From Diplonema japonicum (taxonomy: Eukaryota > Protista > Euglenozoa: Diplonemea), in NCBI GenBank assembly GCA_964019335.1, contig OZ025688.1:248001-312000 (forward strand): 64,000 nt of DNA. Reading direction: 5' to 3'. Below, piece after piece: positions 1 to 11,721 of the stretch. The position numbers were made by a program, and so were the translations under genes. The notes beneath the pieces were generated by a model. The model saw only the letters and a list, made by a program, of their open reading frames with translations. It was not told the DNA's origin and did not search any database. Within the stretch, counting starts at the first letter, position 1, and each line of letters begins with the position of its first letter.

Positions 1-314
1 CAACATGAGGAGTGCGAAGGGACGGGAGGTATGAAGAATCCCCTCCTCCCCCACCACCATCACCCCCAAGGCGTGTTACAGCGCGAAAGATGAATATTAC
101 AAGTGCCTAGAGATCTCTGATGAGCAATGCACTGGTGAGATGGAAAATTACGAAACAATCTGCCCACGGAGCTGGAGGAATTATTTCCAAGATGGGAGGC
201 GGAAGGAGCAGATTGTCGGTTCGCAGTTGGGCGGGTTGCGCAACTAGTGTTTTTTTTTTTTTTTTTTTTTTTTTTCTTCTTCTTAGAAAAAAAATCCCCC
301 TCTAAAGGAGAGAA

Positions 315-995
315 ATGAGTATCTATGAAATACTATGTCCAGGGGACCGCCCCAGTCCATTGTGGCTGTTGGTGGCTGTTGTGCTGAATCTTACCATCAT
401 CATCGTCGGCTTTACAGTGGAAACAGACAGGCAACGGCATGTGACAAACGGGTTCGTTTACTACTCAGATTGCAGAAGGCCGAAAACATGGATAGTGTAC
501 TCTGTGATGGTCGCGATAGCCAACATCGGTTTCCTGCTGCACCTAGGCAACAGGATGTACCGGAAAAAGGACAAAGAAAAGGACAAGGAACCGTCGAGCC
601 CTAAGGGCGACGTCTCAAAACCTGTCATGAAGCTGCTAGTGTACGATTTAGGGGTGTATATATACTCGCTCTTCTTTATATTTGTGGTAGTGTGGAGTTG
701 TGTTCCTGCAGACGGCCCCGGATGGGCTGGTGGTGATGACCCCAAGTACCGCCTTCCTGCCTGCGCTCACCAGAACGACAAAGTCCACACCATCAGAGTC
801 CTTCTCTGGACGTACGAGGCGTGCTGTCTTGCGTCGCTGCTCATCTTTCTTTGCTGCCCCGTTGTGCTCCCCTCCAAAAATCTTTTCTCATCAAAGCCCG
901 CTGTCGACCCACAACACAAGGACTGCGAGCTCTCTCTCATGGGGTACCCCGGCCACTTCCTTGAGAACGATGTCCAAGAACTGGAGGCACGTTAA
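315..995 (+). CDS. Hypothetical multi-pass membrane protein (226 aa, ~4 TM helices)
   Basis: ATG ORF downstream of a poly(T)...AG tract. Four hydrophobic stretches: LWLLVAVVLNLTIIIVGF, WIVYSVMVAIANIGFLL, LGVYIYSLFFIFVVVW, LLWTYEACCLASLLIFLCC. Confidence 0.75.
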   Translation: MSIYEILCPGDRPSPLWLLVAVVLNLTIIIVGFTVETDRQRHVTNGFVYYSDCRRPKTWIVYSVMVAIANIGFLLHLGNRMYRKKDKEKDKEPSSPKGDVSKPVMKLLVYDLGVYIYSLFFIFVVVWSCVPADGPGWAGGDDPKYRLPACAHQNDKVHTIRVLLWTYEACCLASLLIFLCCPVVLPSKNLFSSKPAVDPQHKDCELSLMGYPGHFLENDVQELEAR

Positions 996-1252
996 GCGAG
1001 GGGAGGGTTGAAAGGGGGGGGTGAAGTGTTCCATACAATACACGCCTTTCGTTTCTGTTTTTTTTTTTTTTTATACTTTTATTCTGACCATTTTCTCACC
1101 CCCCGTCCACATTCGTCTTAGTTCTGTGAATTCTACTTTTTTTTTTTTTGTCTTTCCATTCTTTTCGATTCGGCGGTTGGGAGGGGAAAGCAATACTCAG
1201 CCACAGGAGAGGGAGTCGTGGGTTCGGGGAGAAGAAAAAAAAAAAAAAGAAA

Positions 1253-4012
1253 ATGGTAGCTCCCAAACCCCGCACGCCCCGTACGCAGGTGAGCGTGCCT
1301 GTCCCACGGGAGCCGCCCATGCCCGTGTTGATGGATGACATACATAAAGTGAGCGCTGAGGAAGTGGCACTGCAAGGACAGGTGATCTTGGGTGATGCGT
1401 TCAAGTGCATGACGGTGGACCATGAGGGAAAGGTGTGGACTGGTGAGCGGAACGGGGGTGTGTGGCTGCGGAGCCAGTACACCGCGGAGGTCTTGAGTGA
1501 TGGTGTTGCCTTCCAGGGTGGGAAGTCTAACTTTGTTTCGAGCATCAGTTTCATCCCATCTGTGAAACAAGTGTGGGCAGGCTTCAGCGACGGCATCCTC
1601 CGTGTCTTCAATGCGGAGGGCTTGCATGAGATGCTGTCAGAGACCAGACAGCACTCAGGAGCCATCAACTGCATCCATCCCTCGGGTCCCTTCGTCATCA
1701 CTGGCGGGCAGGACTGGAAGCTCTACAAGTGGTCACCCACGAGAGGTGCGCCCAGGCAGATGGCTCTCCTCAGTGGCCACTCGAACAGCATCCGGTGCGT
1801 CACCTCTGACTTCAAACGTGGCTATCTCTACTCCGGCTCCGACGACATGACCATCAGGTCATGGTCCACAGGAGGGCAGACCTCTTGTGTCCTTAAGGGG
1901 CATACTTCCAGCGTGCTGTCACTGTGCCTCCCTGCCGTGTCCAACCTGCTGTGGAGCGGCTCTGAAGACGCTTCCATCCACATCTGGAACCTCGACAGCA
2001 ACGAGCTTGTCACTCGCCTCTCGGCGCCTTCCCTGCACCGGGCACCCGTCACGCAAGCCTTCTACATGCAAGAGGACGGCCGTGTCTGGACAACAGACAA
2101 ACAAGGTGTCATGCTCATCTGGGACCCCTCCACCTACAGCGTCGTCCAGAAGCTATCCCCTTCTGAGGGCGGCAGCTGGCAACGGAACGCCATTCTCTCG
2201 GCGGCCGTTTTACCCAAGGTCTCCACCTGCAGGGTGTGGACATGCAGTGCCGACGGTGCCGTCCGGGTGTGGACGTCGCCCTGTCTTACGGAGCCCGAGG
2301 CAATATTGAAGCTTGAAAAGGAATTGAACCTGATGACCTTGCAGCAAGAAAAGGACATGAATAATGTGATCAAGAGACACTCTGACGAGACGATCGCGTT
2401 GCTGCAGAATTCGCACACCACCGTCGAAAACCAGGAAGAGCTTGCCCACCTGCGGGAGTTGCTTGTGCAGAAGGAGGCAGAGGTTGCGGAAGCCAGAAGG
2501 GGCAGTGGCATTGACGACACACAGCTGCGTGCCTTCCTGCAAGCTAAGAAGCAGGAGATGGAAGTCCGACTTGCTGAAGAGTGCTCGGCACATAAACTCG
2601 CTTTGGCAGAGGTAGAGTCCTTGAAGCTGTCCCTGCAAATGAAACAAGTGCCCGACGTGCACAGCATTAAAGTGTCACCACCAGTGACTCCGAAAAGGGA
2701 GGTGCCACAGGTGGAAGCTCCACCGATCGTCGTTGCCCCACCCGTTACTATCGTTGCTCCTGCCACCCCTGCCCTGTGCGAGGAGCTGGCTGATAGGGAC
2801 AGACTACTCTCTTCTGCAGCATTCGATCTCACTACCTCTGAGGAAAAGCGTATCCAGCTCGAGGCTGAACTGGAAAGGGTTAAGGTTGCTTTGTCACAAA
2901 GCACGCGGCAGCTTCAGTTTGCTGTTCAAGACGCTGAGACTACTCAAGACGTGCTCACGAAGCACGACACCCTCCTTGAAGAGAACTCGGGGCTCAGGCA
3001 GGAACTCATCATGCTGAAGTCACAGGCAAAAGAGTTAGAGGTGCAGGCAACGAGACTTAAGGACGTGTCGGAGTCCGAATCACGTTTAGCCGAAAAACTT
3101 CGAGAGGCGGAAACGCAGCTTGTATTGCGTACAGCGGAGTGCAACAATTTTCAAACTAAGTTGGGCAGCGAGGCGGAACAGCTAGCAGAGGCGCGTGAGA
3201 TGCTGAGGGAGGACGCTGAGCTGCGTGATGGGCTGAACAAGAAGGTGGCGTCGCTGCAGATCACAAACCAGGACTACGGCGAGGCGTTGGCAGTGTCGGA
3301 GAGCAAAAGTAACGCATTGGAGTCGACGAAGGCGGCTCTAAGCGCCGAGGTGGCTGCACACGACAACTTAAAAATGACATGCCAAACACTGCAAGCGGAG
3401 CTGCGCGAGGCAACAACGAAGAACACATCGTTGGAGTCCGCCGTGACAGCACTGCAGACGGAGATCGCCGCCCTGCGGCGGGATGCTAGAGAAAACAACG
3501 ATCTCACAGCACAGCTGCAGATAAAGTCAGCACGCTATGATGAGATGCTAAACAGCACCACAGAGCTGGAGAGCATGCTGCAAGCAGAGAAAGCGGCGCA
3601 TGAATCATGCATAGTACAGAGCGGCACGTTGGCCAACGAGCTGGGTGTTCTCAACACGCAGCTGGAGCAGGTGACGAGGCAGCTGGGTATTGTGGCTGAC
3701 GAGAACATGCAGCTCACGACGTGCAACACCAACCTTGAGAAAACAATCACCGTGCTGCGGTCGGAAGCTGAGTCGATGCAAGGCCCGTGGACACAGCTGC
3801 AGCAAGTCCTCGCCGAGTCGCAAGCCACACTCACCTCCGTGCAAACACAGTTCCGACACGACATCTCCATCCTCGAAACAGAGCTCCGCGAACGGGACCT
3901 TCAATTAGGAAACCAAAAGCGAGCCCTAATCGAAAAGGACTCCACAATCGCCATACAAAAGGGACAGCTCTCCGCGCTGCTGCAGTTCCCGATCCTCGAT
4001 CAGCCCGAATAG
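1253..4012 (+). CDS. WD40-repeat protein with long C-terminal coiled coil (919 aa)
   Basis: Canonical WD40 motifs (GHSNSIRCV..LYSGSDDMTIRSW; GHTSSVLSL..LWSGSEDASIHIWN) followed by a heptad-rich tail. Start placed at the ATG following the poly(A) leader rather than the track's TTG at 1148. Confidence 0.88.
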   Translation: MVAPKPRTPRTQVSVPVPREPPMPVLMDDIHKVSAEEVALQGQVILGDAFKCMTVDHEGKVWTGERNGGVWLRSQYTAEVLSDGVAFQGGKSNFVSSISFIPSVKQVWAGFSDGILRVFNAEGLHEMLSETRQHSGAINCIHPSGPFVITGGQDWKLYKWSPTRGAPRQMALLSGHSNSIRCVTSDFKRGYLYSGSDDMTIRSWSTGGQTSCVLKGHTSSVLSLCLPAVSNLLWSGSEDASIHIWNLDSNELVTRLSAPSLHRAPVTQAFYMQEDGRVWTTDKQGVMLIWDPSTYSVVQKLSPSEGGSWQRNAILSAAVLPKVSTCRVWTCSADGAVRVWTSPCLTEPEAILKLEKELNLMTLQQEKDMNNVIKRHSDETIALLQNSHTTVENQEELAHLRELLVQKEAEVAEARRGSGIDDTQLRAFLQAKKQEMEVRLAEECSAHKLALAEVESLKLSLQMKQVPDVHSIKVSPPVTPKREVPQVEAPPIVVAPPVTIVAPATPALCEELADRDRLLSSAAFDLTTSEEKRIQLEAELERVKVALSQSTRQLQFAVQDAETTQDVLTKHDTLLEENSGLRQELIMLKSQAKELEVQATRLKDVSESESRLAEKLREAETQLVLRTAECNNFQTKLGSEAEQLAEAREMLREDAELRDGLNKKVASLQITNQDYGEALAVSESKSNALESTKAALSAEVAAHDNLKMTCQTLQAELREATTKNTSLESAVTALQTEIAALRRDARENNDLTAQLQIKSARYDEMLNSTTELESMLQAEKAAHESCIVQSGTLANELGVLNTQLEQVTRQLGIVADENMQLTTCNTNLEKTITVLRSEAESMQGPWTQLQQVLAESQATLTSVQTQFRHDISILETELRERDLQLGNQKRALIEKDSTIAIQKGQLSALLQFPILDQPE

Positions 4013-4125
4013 ACATCTCCCCTTAACGTGTACAGTTATTAGAACCTTGTTGTTTTGTTTTCCTCCTCTTTTACTCTCGATCTCATTTGTTCTTTAATCA
4101 CACTATCGCATCCTCAGGACTCCCG

Positions 4126-6362
4126 ATGGGGGATGAGACGGAGCTAGTGGGGAAGATAGCCCTATCACGGGAGGAGAATGCCATGTTGCGAGAGGAGCTT
4201 CGGATGCTGCACGACACGCTTGTGAAAGTAGCTTGCGAAACACCGACACCGAAGAAAAGGAGGGGCTCATCAGTAGGTATGGGGGCGAGGTCGTCCGGAA
4301 CGGGAACAGCGACACCAAAGGGAAAGGCGCTACATGCCGGCAGTGCGGCACCCAGGCAACTCCTGACTAGTGCTACTAAAAAATCCATGAAATACACACC
4401 GAACTGCGAGAGGGTGGTAGACAGCACGACTGAAGGGCGGATAACAGCAATGGCGGCTACCAGTCTGGGGCGGGTGTGGTGCGCACGGGAGACACGTGTT
4501 ATCACTATTTACAACCAATTCAGAGACGAGTATAAGTCAATCTCCCCGAAGCTCACCGATGCCCACATCACGTTCCTCGCCTTCCTCAAGGGTGGGCGGG
4601 CCTTGATGGCAGTCTGCTTCTCTGATGGCATGATCGAGATGCTCGGCCCCGACGGCGACACGCGCGTCCCCTCCACACAGGCACACACCGCTGCCATCAC
4701 TGCCGCAACACCTCTCAACGTACATGATCAAAAGCTCGCTACAGCCGCAGGCAGCTCCATCGTTATCAGCTACCCTTCGCAAGACGGTGCTTTGAAGGAG
4801 CACGCTGTCCTTAGCGAGACCTCCGACATCACGGTGCTTGCGGAGGGTAAGCAGAACGCGTTTTACACCGGCACCCAGGCTGGAAGGGTTTCACGGTGGG
4901 ATGACAAGAAAAGGCAAGCCTCGCGAAATTTCCCCACTACCATCCTCTCCCTTCTCTGCAAAGGCGACGAGCTCTGGACAGGCTTAGCTCAGGGCGAGGG
5001 CATCGTTGTTTCAGACGCTGCAACGTTGGTGCAGAATAGGACCTTCACTGGCACGCAGACCTTGCTTTTGTCAGGACCCGACGAAGCAGTATGGGGGATC
5101 AACTACAACGGCTTTCTTAGCATCTGGAGTGAAGGGGGCATGATGACCACGATAGCCAGTGGGCACCACATCGCCACAGGGTGCAGCACTGCAGACAACG
5201 AGCTTTGGATCGCAACGGACGACGCAGAGCTGCACAGGTGGCGGGGCGAGGGGTACTGCAAAGAGAAGTTCGCCACCTTGAAGCAGACAGCGACGGAGGC
5301 TACGAAGAATGCCACGGCATGGGAAGAGCAACACGCGCGGGAGGCGGAAAAGAACAGGAAGTTGGCAGACACAGTAGATCAACACAAGCACACACACAAC
5401 GTGACGCTAAAGGACAACAGCATCCTTCAGAACAGGCTGCGCAAGCTGGAGGCCAGCCACGGTGTGCTGCGGCAGGGCGTCATCACCGCGATGACGTCGA
5501 CTCTCTCGCATGACGCTGTTAAGGTGACATACACGGACACTGAACTTCTGCAGTGGGTGAGAGACATGGCGAAGCCGCACTCGCTGGCTTACCACAACGA
5601 GCTGATCAACGAACGGAACGAGCTGCAGCACGTGTCACGAGCACTGAAGGATCAGCTGGGCGAAGCCATCGAAACACACAGTTCAGGCCTCCAACAAGAG
5701 AACAAGACACTGCTACGAGAAAACCTTGATTTGTGCCAAAGCATAAACAACCTGAGGGAGAGCCTGGTTGCAAGGGAGAAGGAGGTCGCGAAGAATAAAC
5801 AAGAGATGCTCACACTAAGGGCGGAGGGTGACACTTGGAAAGCAGAAGCGGCAGTGCAGGTGGCGGAGAAGTCCAAACTTATACAACTTGTGCATGAACT
5901 GGAGGCGGCAGCAAAAGAGAAGGAGAGCACACTATCCGAGCTCAGAGGGAGGGTGGCGATAGCAGAGGACACTTCAAAACGCCTAAGCAAGGTTTCCTTT
6001 GAACGGGACAACCTAGCAAGCAAAGTGTTCACCGATATCCCTGCCAGAAGGGTAGGCTTGGTGGGCGTCCTTGCGTCATCCTCCCGAAGAGGCCTCTTAA
6101 GCAATTATTGGGCACATCTCAGATGCTTCCTTGAGCAACGTCGTGCAGCGCACTCAGCTAGCGCAGCAGAAACCAATACCCAAGTACTCCGCACGAGCAA
6201 CAGGGCACTGGCGGAGGACAAGCAGAAGCTTACGCTTTTGGTCGAAAAGGTAATGTGAAAAAAAAAAAGAATACACATATCAAACAGCTTAAAGAAGCGC
6301 AGAAGCGGTCTAATGTGCAGCTTCACATGGCAGCAACAGAGCTAGGGGAGCTCAAGAAGTGA
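4126..6362 (+). CDS. Degenerate beta-propeller (WD40-like) + coiled-coil protein; exons 4126-6249, 6288-6362 (732 aa)
   Basis: Long ORF with propeller-like strands (FYTGTQAGRVSRWD, LWTGL, LWIAT) then coiled coil. Removing the GT..AG intron 6250-6287 extends the coiled coil in frame (LKEAQKRS...ELKK*). Confidence 0.8.
6250..6287 (+). other. 38-nt spliceosomal intron
   Basis: AAG|gtaatg...caaacag|CTT, A-rich, restores an in-frame C-terminus. Confidence 0.7.
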
Positions 6363-6677
6363 AGATGTATCACCACCCCCTCCCTTGATTTTCCTTATCT
6401 GTAGTTTGTTCTTCCCCTTCCCCCTTTTTTATTCCTTCTTTTCTTAGAGAAACGACCGAACCCCTTCTCACCTTTTTTCTTTTTTTTTCCCCCCCTTCTT
6501 GTATAGGACTAACACAAAAAAAAAAGGAAAACCCCTCCTTTTTTAATAAAAAAAAATCACCGTGTCCATATTCGTCCCCTCTTTTTGTTTCTTCCATGTA
6601 CTAATTTCTTATTCCAATAAAAAGATTTTTGTTTCTTTTTTCTTCCTTTCACATAAAACAGGGGCGGTGGGAGCCCA

Positions 6678-8233
6678 ATGCCCAAGGCAAGCAGCAAGCC
6701 ATGGATAAAGAACCACCCTTTGGAGGGTGACGGGTTGCTAACCGGCTTCTATGACCACATGTGGAAGAAGAACAAGGAGTTTAAGAGCTGTGACGAGGTT
6801 CTCTGCCCGGACACAATTGTGTACGACCACAACTTCCCTAGGGGGTGGTACGCCTTCGACAAGAAAAACAAGGAACTGGTGAAGAAACAAGGGAAGGAAC
6901 TGGACACAAGCAGCATTTTCAACGCGTTCTCAAAATCAGACGGCGACGTGGGCATTGTCGCCTCCTACATGTATGTGTCCTCAAATATATAAAAAGAATT
7001 TTTTTTTAAAAAAAAGGCATTCTTATGAGGACCCGGAGACAAGTGATCCGATCACCCACGTGGAATTTTTCAACAAGGACGGGCTTGCGGAGTTTGTCAA
7101 CCGGAAAACGAAAAAGGAGGGTATTCTGCAACGATTTCTCGTCCCGAAAGGGAGGAACAACAGCGTGATACAAGCAGTGTGGTCGCCCAGAGTCTGCATC
7201 GTTCAAAGGAAAACAAATGTCAAACCCTTGCACGGAAGGGCAGAGGCATGGAAGGACCCATACTCGTGTGCTGTAACATACGAAGGCCCAAGCCACTTCT
7301 CAGAAGATGGAACATGCGCCGCAAAAACAACAGCAAACATCAAACAAATCTGCTGCAACATCGTGGAACACTTCTACAACACAGAGCACAAACACATCAC
7401 GAGGATGGTACTATACTTCAAAGTCGACAGGCAAAACGATGTATGGCTGCTATGGTGCGGGAGCATCAGGGTGTCCGACCGTTCACAACCTTCAAAGATG
7501 CCATTGAACCTGTCACCAATCTTCACATCACCGACATCTTCAGGAGGAGTCGGACCCGAAGCCTCACAAGGCACCGCAGGAGGCGGTCTTACAGAACTCG
7601 ACAAATCCCACGCTAAAATGTCGTGTGATCCAATGTTTTTTCGAAATTATGTAGCGTCACCGAGATTGACATCTCCGAACGGCAGATCGCCTGGAAGAAA
7701 CGACAACCGAAGGAACTGTGACGATTCAGGTGAACGTGGGAAGGACGATGAAATGCAGGACGAGATTGAACGGATGATCCGCTCGGTCGATGCGGAGGAG
7801 CACGAACGAAACTGGTTCCGAATTCCCGGCATCGAAGATAAATACCGCCAGCTCTGTCTAGAGAGGGACATCGTGTCACAGGTGGTGTCTGACATTTTCT
7901 ACGAAGGGTACTCGCACTTCTTGCGCCACGACACTGGTCCCTTTTTCTTCGACGTCGATAAGAAAATCGCCGCCATACTTAGCCCAGAGGCGCTTCAGGA
8001 AATGATGAGCTTTTTGAAGATCACGCACCCGCCTCCTCCGGACGATCCGTCTACAAGGTTCGACGAGGAACTCTCGTTTTGGATCAACAATGAGACAGCA
8101 CGTGGGCCTATTACCAAGATGGGCGAGGCTGCTTCGAAATGGATCGCGGCGTTCTACGACAAAAAAGAAAAAAGCTTGAGAGAGGAGGCAGCATCCGTCC
8201 GTAAAAAGGTAATTTTTGTCTTTTTTTATCTGG

Positions 8234-8273
<40 letters not shown>

Positions 8274-8532
8274 AGACGACCCAACAATAGATCAGAATCT
8301 GTTCAGTGCCGGTGACTTGGACGGTGAGAAGGAAAAGGAAAAGGAGAAAGACGCTGAAAAAGAAGAAGCAGAAGCCAAGGAAAAGGCAAAGCATGACGCC
8401 GAGGAGGAACAGAAAGCAAAGCAAACCGCAATTAAAGAGGCAGAGGCCAAAGGTGGTGAACCCGGAGGGTCTGAACCTGGTGGCTCTGGGAAGGAAAAGA
8501 CAGAGAAAGAAGAGCAGTCAAGCAAGGTTTGA
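6678..8532 (+). CDS. Conserved hypothetical protein (581 aa); exons 6678-6970, 7017-8208, 8272-8532
   Basis: Two overlapping ORFs in different frames are joined exactly by intron 6971-7016 (SYM|HSYED). The in-frame 63-nt intron 8209-8271 removes a spurious VIFVFFYLE-polyK run. The HPLEGDG/PDTIVYDHNFPRGWY N-terminus resembles conserved hypotheticals of flagellated protists (recollection, not searched). Confidence 0.82.
6971..7016 (+). other. 46-nt spliceosomal intron
   Basis: AT|gtatgt...aaaaaaaag|G; resolves the frame shift between ORFs 6678 and 6955. Confidence 0.9.
8209..8271 (+). other. 63-nt in-frame spliceosomal intron
   Basis: AAG|gtaatt...A-run of ~37 nt...ag|GGA; AT-rich island within coding sequence. 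Confidence 0.78.
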
Positions 8533-8920
8533 ACAAGGGACAAAAAAAAAAAAAGAGAGAGAGAGAGAGAAGAAAAAAAAAGGGGGGGAGAAATAATGAA
8601 TAGGAACCCGAACCAACTCCCGCTACTACTAATGCTTGAAAAGAAGCGATGGAAAAAAAAAAAATGAAGAAAAAAAAAGAAAAGAAAAAGAGTAAAGAAA
8701 TCTGAAACGATTTGTTGCAGTTACCACTGCAGTGAGGGGGAGAGGAAGGGGGGGGGGGGGGGGGGGGATGAGGGAGAGGACTTTCCAAGAAACCTGCTTT
8801 TTTTTTTTCTGTTATTTCGTGTCTACGTCTTTCCATCTTTGCGCCTGAGCTTTTTTTCCCTTCTGAAGGAAACTTTCTTTCTTTTATTACTTTCTTTCCC
8901 TTTTCCTTTGCATGTTGATA

Positions 8921-8962
<42 letters not shown>

Positions 8963-9377
8963 CAATTTACTCCCTCAAATGCAACAAGAGTTCGCGCGGA
9001 CAAACAGAAGAAAAAGAAATTGGAGAAAGGGGGTCCCATTTGCGATGATGTAGTTATTTGGAAGAAGAGGGGGGAGGGGAAGGAAGACAAAATAGCTGCA
9101 AAACAACTAGTCGAGCAAAATGAATATTTCAAGGAGGGGGTCCTTTTAAAAAAAAAAAAGGCGAATGAATAACCCCTCCCCCCGACCCGTTTGCCGACAC
9201 TTTCCCCTCCACCCATCATCCTGGAAAAAGAAGTTTTTTTTTTTCTCTTCATCCACCATCCCTTCCCCCCTCTCTTGTAAAAAAAAAAAAAAAAAAATAC
9301 AAACATATCCTCGTTATTGTTTTCCCCCTTTTAAAAAAAATTTTTTTTCAGAGGAGGGGGGGGGAAAGAAAAGAGGA

Positions 9378-10514
9378 ATGGATAGTATTTCACTGTCTTC
9401 CCAGTACCCCAATGAAAGGCTAAGGAGAACCCCCTCCATGGTGGTTGAGTTCGAAGGAAGAGGGACCAGAATGGTGAAGTATCTGAAGAAAAACAGAAGA
9501 CAGAGGTGGAAAGACGTCCAGCGCAACGTCTTCACCAAAAGCATAAAAGGACTACTAAATTCCAAAACAGAATCCATAAAAAAATCCCTCCTGACAAAAA
9601 TCCTCTCCGAGACCAGTACAAAACGCATAGACACGACAAACTCCATTATAGGACCTGGGGAGTCCGTGGTCCTCAGAACCGCTGTCACCTCAGGGGCTTT
9701 CACAGAGATCAACATCCCACAGCAAAACACCAACAACTACAATCTAAGCAACGGACTCCGCACGGTTGTGAACACAACACTGGCAAAAACGGCGAAAATC
9801 CACGAAACAACCTTGAGAAAAACGACCGAAACCAACATGAAAAAACACTCCAAAAATATCAAAACACATTATACACAAGAATTCAATGACATCTCAATAT
9901 TCGAGTCACGAATGAGACTTATGATGACCTCTGACGAATGCTGTACTCGAAAGCTTCTTTTGAAAAATCTAGATACTGAGTTCGAACGGCAGCATGGAGT
10001 CTGCGTCAGCGTTTTCACATCAAGAGTACTGCTCAGAGACCTCGGAAACACCGAGGCAACAGAACGGTGGAAATTCTTAAAATCCCTGGAGTACTCTAGG
10101 TGTGAAGCGATGCTTTATGGTTGGGTCGGTCTGCAACACAAATTGCGGGAATTGATTCGCTTCCAAGAGGTGACCAGTAGACGGTCCCTGCTCCATTCAG
10201 AGGCCGACGGTTTTCACCTTACAAAGATAGAGGAAAAACAAGCCACCAAACGCAACCGTACCAGCAGGCTTCACCTCATGCGGACTGAGGAGTCCCACCG
10301 CAGGCAGATCGTTACCAGGCAGACATCAGACTCTGTTATGCTTGTCACTCTCTTCAATACTCGTTTGAAACGAGCGTTTCCTGCTTCCGATCTTATTTGT
10401 ATCAGCACTAGCATCTTGCTTCCCAAGGCTAAGCCCACGCCCCCTCCGAAAGCCCTGCTGCTCTCGAGTATGATCCAGTCCCTTAGCGATGGTAGTGTTA
10501 CGTTGTCGAAGTAG
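9378..10514 (+). CDS. Hypothetical protein (378 aa) with repeated E-x3-R-x2-L/I-x3-E helical motifs
   Basis: Open frame from the ATG after a purine-rich leader; upstream part of the track ORF is homopolymer intergenic sequence. Confidence 0.65.
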   Translation: MDSISLSSQYPNERLRRTPSMVVEFEGRGTRMVKYLKKNRRQRWKDVQRNVFTKSIKGLLNSKTESIKKSLLTKILSETSTKRIDTTNSIIGPGESVVLRTAVTSGAFTEINIPQQNTNNYNLSNGLRTVVNTTLAKTAKIHETTLRKTTETNMKKHSKNIKTHYTQEFNDISIFESRMRLMMTSDECCTRKLLLKNLDTEFERQHGVCVSVFTSRVLLRDLGNTEATERWKFLKSLEYSRCEAMLYGWVGLQHKLRELIRFQEVTSRRSLLHSEADGFHLTKIEEKQATKRNRTSRLHLMRTEESHRRQIVTRQTSDSVMLVTLFNTRLKRAFPASDLICISTSILLPKAKPTPPPKALLLSSMIQSLSDGSVTLSK

Positions 10515-10555
10515 TTTCTGCTTTACAGCAGCGTGGGTGGTTTTTTTTTTTTGCT

Positions 10556-11272
10556 ATGCCGAAGGCGACGAGGCTCCATGGGGTGGTGCCCAGAGGCTGC
10601 CAAGACAAGCCAAGGGCCTTACTGGTGCAGAAGTACCTGCTGGAGGTAGTCACGCGGAGGGATGCAGCGGTGGATGCGAACGCGGTCGTGACGGGGAGGG
10701 CGCACCCGACGCCGACGGTGTCTGAGCTACGAAGGCTGGGAGCGTCTGGAACAGTGATGGACAAGCTGCTGAGGCCGGTGCTGAGATGGTTGGGAGGCCT
10801 GCTGTGGGATGACGCGCCTGGTCGGCACACGGCGGTGACGACGTTAGAGCTGGCCCTCGACTTCGAGAGGGAGATGGAGCTGCCGCTGGACGACGGCGGG
10901 GAAGTGGGCAAGGTGGAGGACCTGGGCGTCGAGGCAAGGATACGGTATGTGCTGAGACGAGTCCAGGACCTGTACCACGCTGATGGCAGAGGGGTAGCGT
11001 TCCTAGCGGCGCGAGTGGATCGCGTCAACTCCCTTCGCTGTATCGGAGGACCGACCACACACGGGTATGACAGGAGGCCAGTACTCCCGGAACGAACCAT
11101 GAGTAGCATCGAAGGCTTGCGGGACAGGTACCTGTCGCAGACACCGACAAGGCTGCCCCGCAGTTTGACCACCGCAGCAGGAACCCGCCAGAGCCCCCAG
11201 AACGGGGACAACGGGGACTAAGCGCAGCTCGGCCGGTGAGCGCAAAAACGCATACCTTAAAAGAATAGTTTT
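10556..11272 (+). mobile_element. 5'-truncated non-LTR-retrotransposon-like fragment (C-terminal ORF 10556-11221 plus 3' stem-loop)
   Basis: GC-rich block starting right after a T-run, 41 nt behind the preceding stop. Its C-terminus and 3' hairpin recur as dispersed truncated pieces (15957, 45700, 22113). Motifs RLHGVVP and TTLELALDFE resemble post-RT C-terminal regions of protist LINEs (inference). No RT domain is present. Confidence 0.55.
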
Positions 11273-11337
11273 TTTTTTGTTTTTCTTTGAATAGAGGTTG
11301 CTTTACATTTTACAGCCCTTTTATAAATTTAAAAAAA

Positions 11338-11721
11338 ATGTCGATCAGGATGCTCCTCGTTGTTTGCCTTGCTGCTGTTGCCCTTGCTGACACGTTCCAG
11401 ATCCAACAGTGCACGAACAAGAAGGCGACCGGTAAAAAGATGAACATCAAGACAACAGGGTGCAACGCACTCACCTTCGGGAAGGCGAAGTTCAACCTTG
11501 CCCTCTCAGGGGTGAAGGGACGCACGTCAAACTCGACCCTCGTTGCTGTGGTGAAGGACTACCCGAGCAACAAGTGCACGGGGACCGTGAAGTCCACAGG
11601 CGCCGTTGCCTGTACTTGCGTGGGCAGCAATGCCTTCTCCTTCGTGTGCAACGGGAGTCCTGCCATCGCCATCCCCTCCCTCTTCCTCCTCGCCGCCTCC
11701 CTCGTGGTCTACTTGTTGTAG
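11338..11721 (+). CDS. Small six-Cys putative GPI-anchored surface protein, type A1 (127 aa, Lys-rich)
   Basis: Signal peptide MSIRMLLVVCLAAVALA|D; six Cys including CxC; hydrophobic C-terminus with no cytosolic tail. Confidence 0.88.
   Translation: MSIRMLLVVCLAAVALADTFQIQQCTNKKATGKKMNIKTTGCNALTFGKAKFNLALSGVKGRTSNSTLVAVVKDYPSNKCTGTVKSTGAVACTCVGSNAFSFVCNGSPAIAIPSLFLLAASLVVYLL

Noticed and set aside
1-305. Possible 3' end of an upstream gene and the 61-aa ORF 120-305
   Set aside because: Too short, runs into poly(T), and the frame cannot be determined.
6955-7016. Overlapping genes or ribosomal frameshift between ORFs 6678 and 6955
   Set aside because: Fully explained by a 46-nt intron.
8530-9370. 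Short ORFs and G/A/T homopolymer runs, including a potential G-quadruplex near 8735-8775
   Set aside because: Low-complexity intergenic sequence typical of the whole window; no specific function is supportable.
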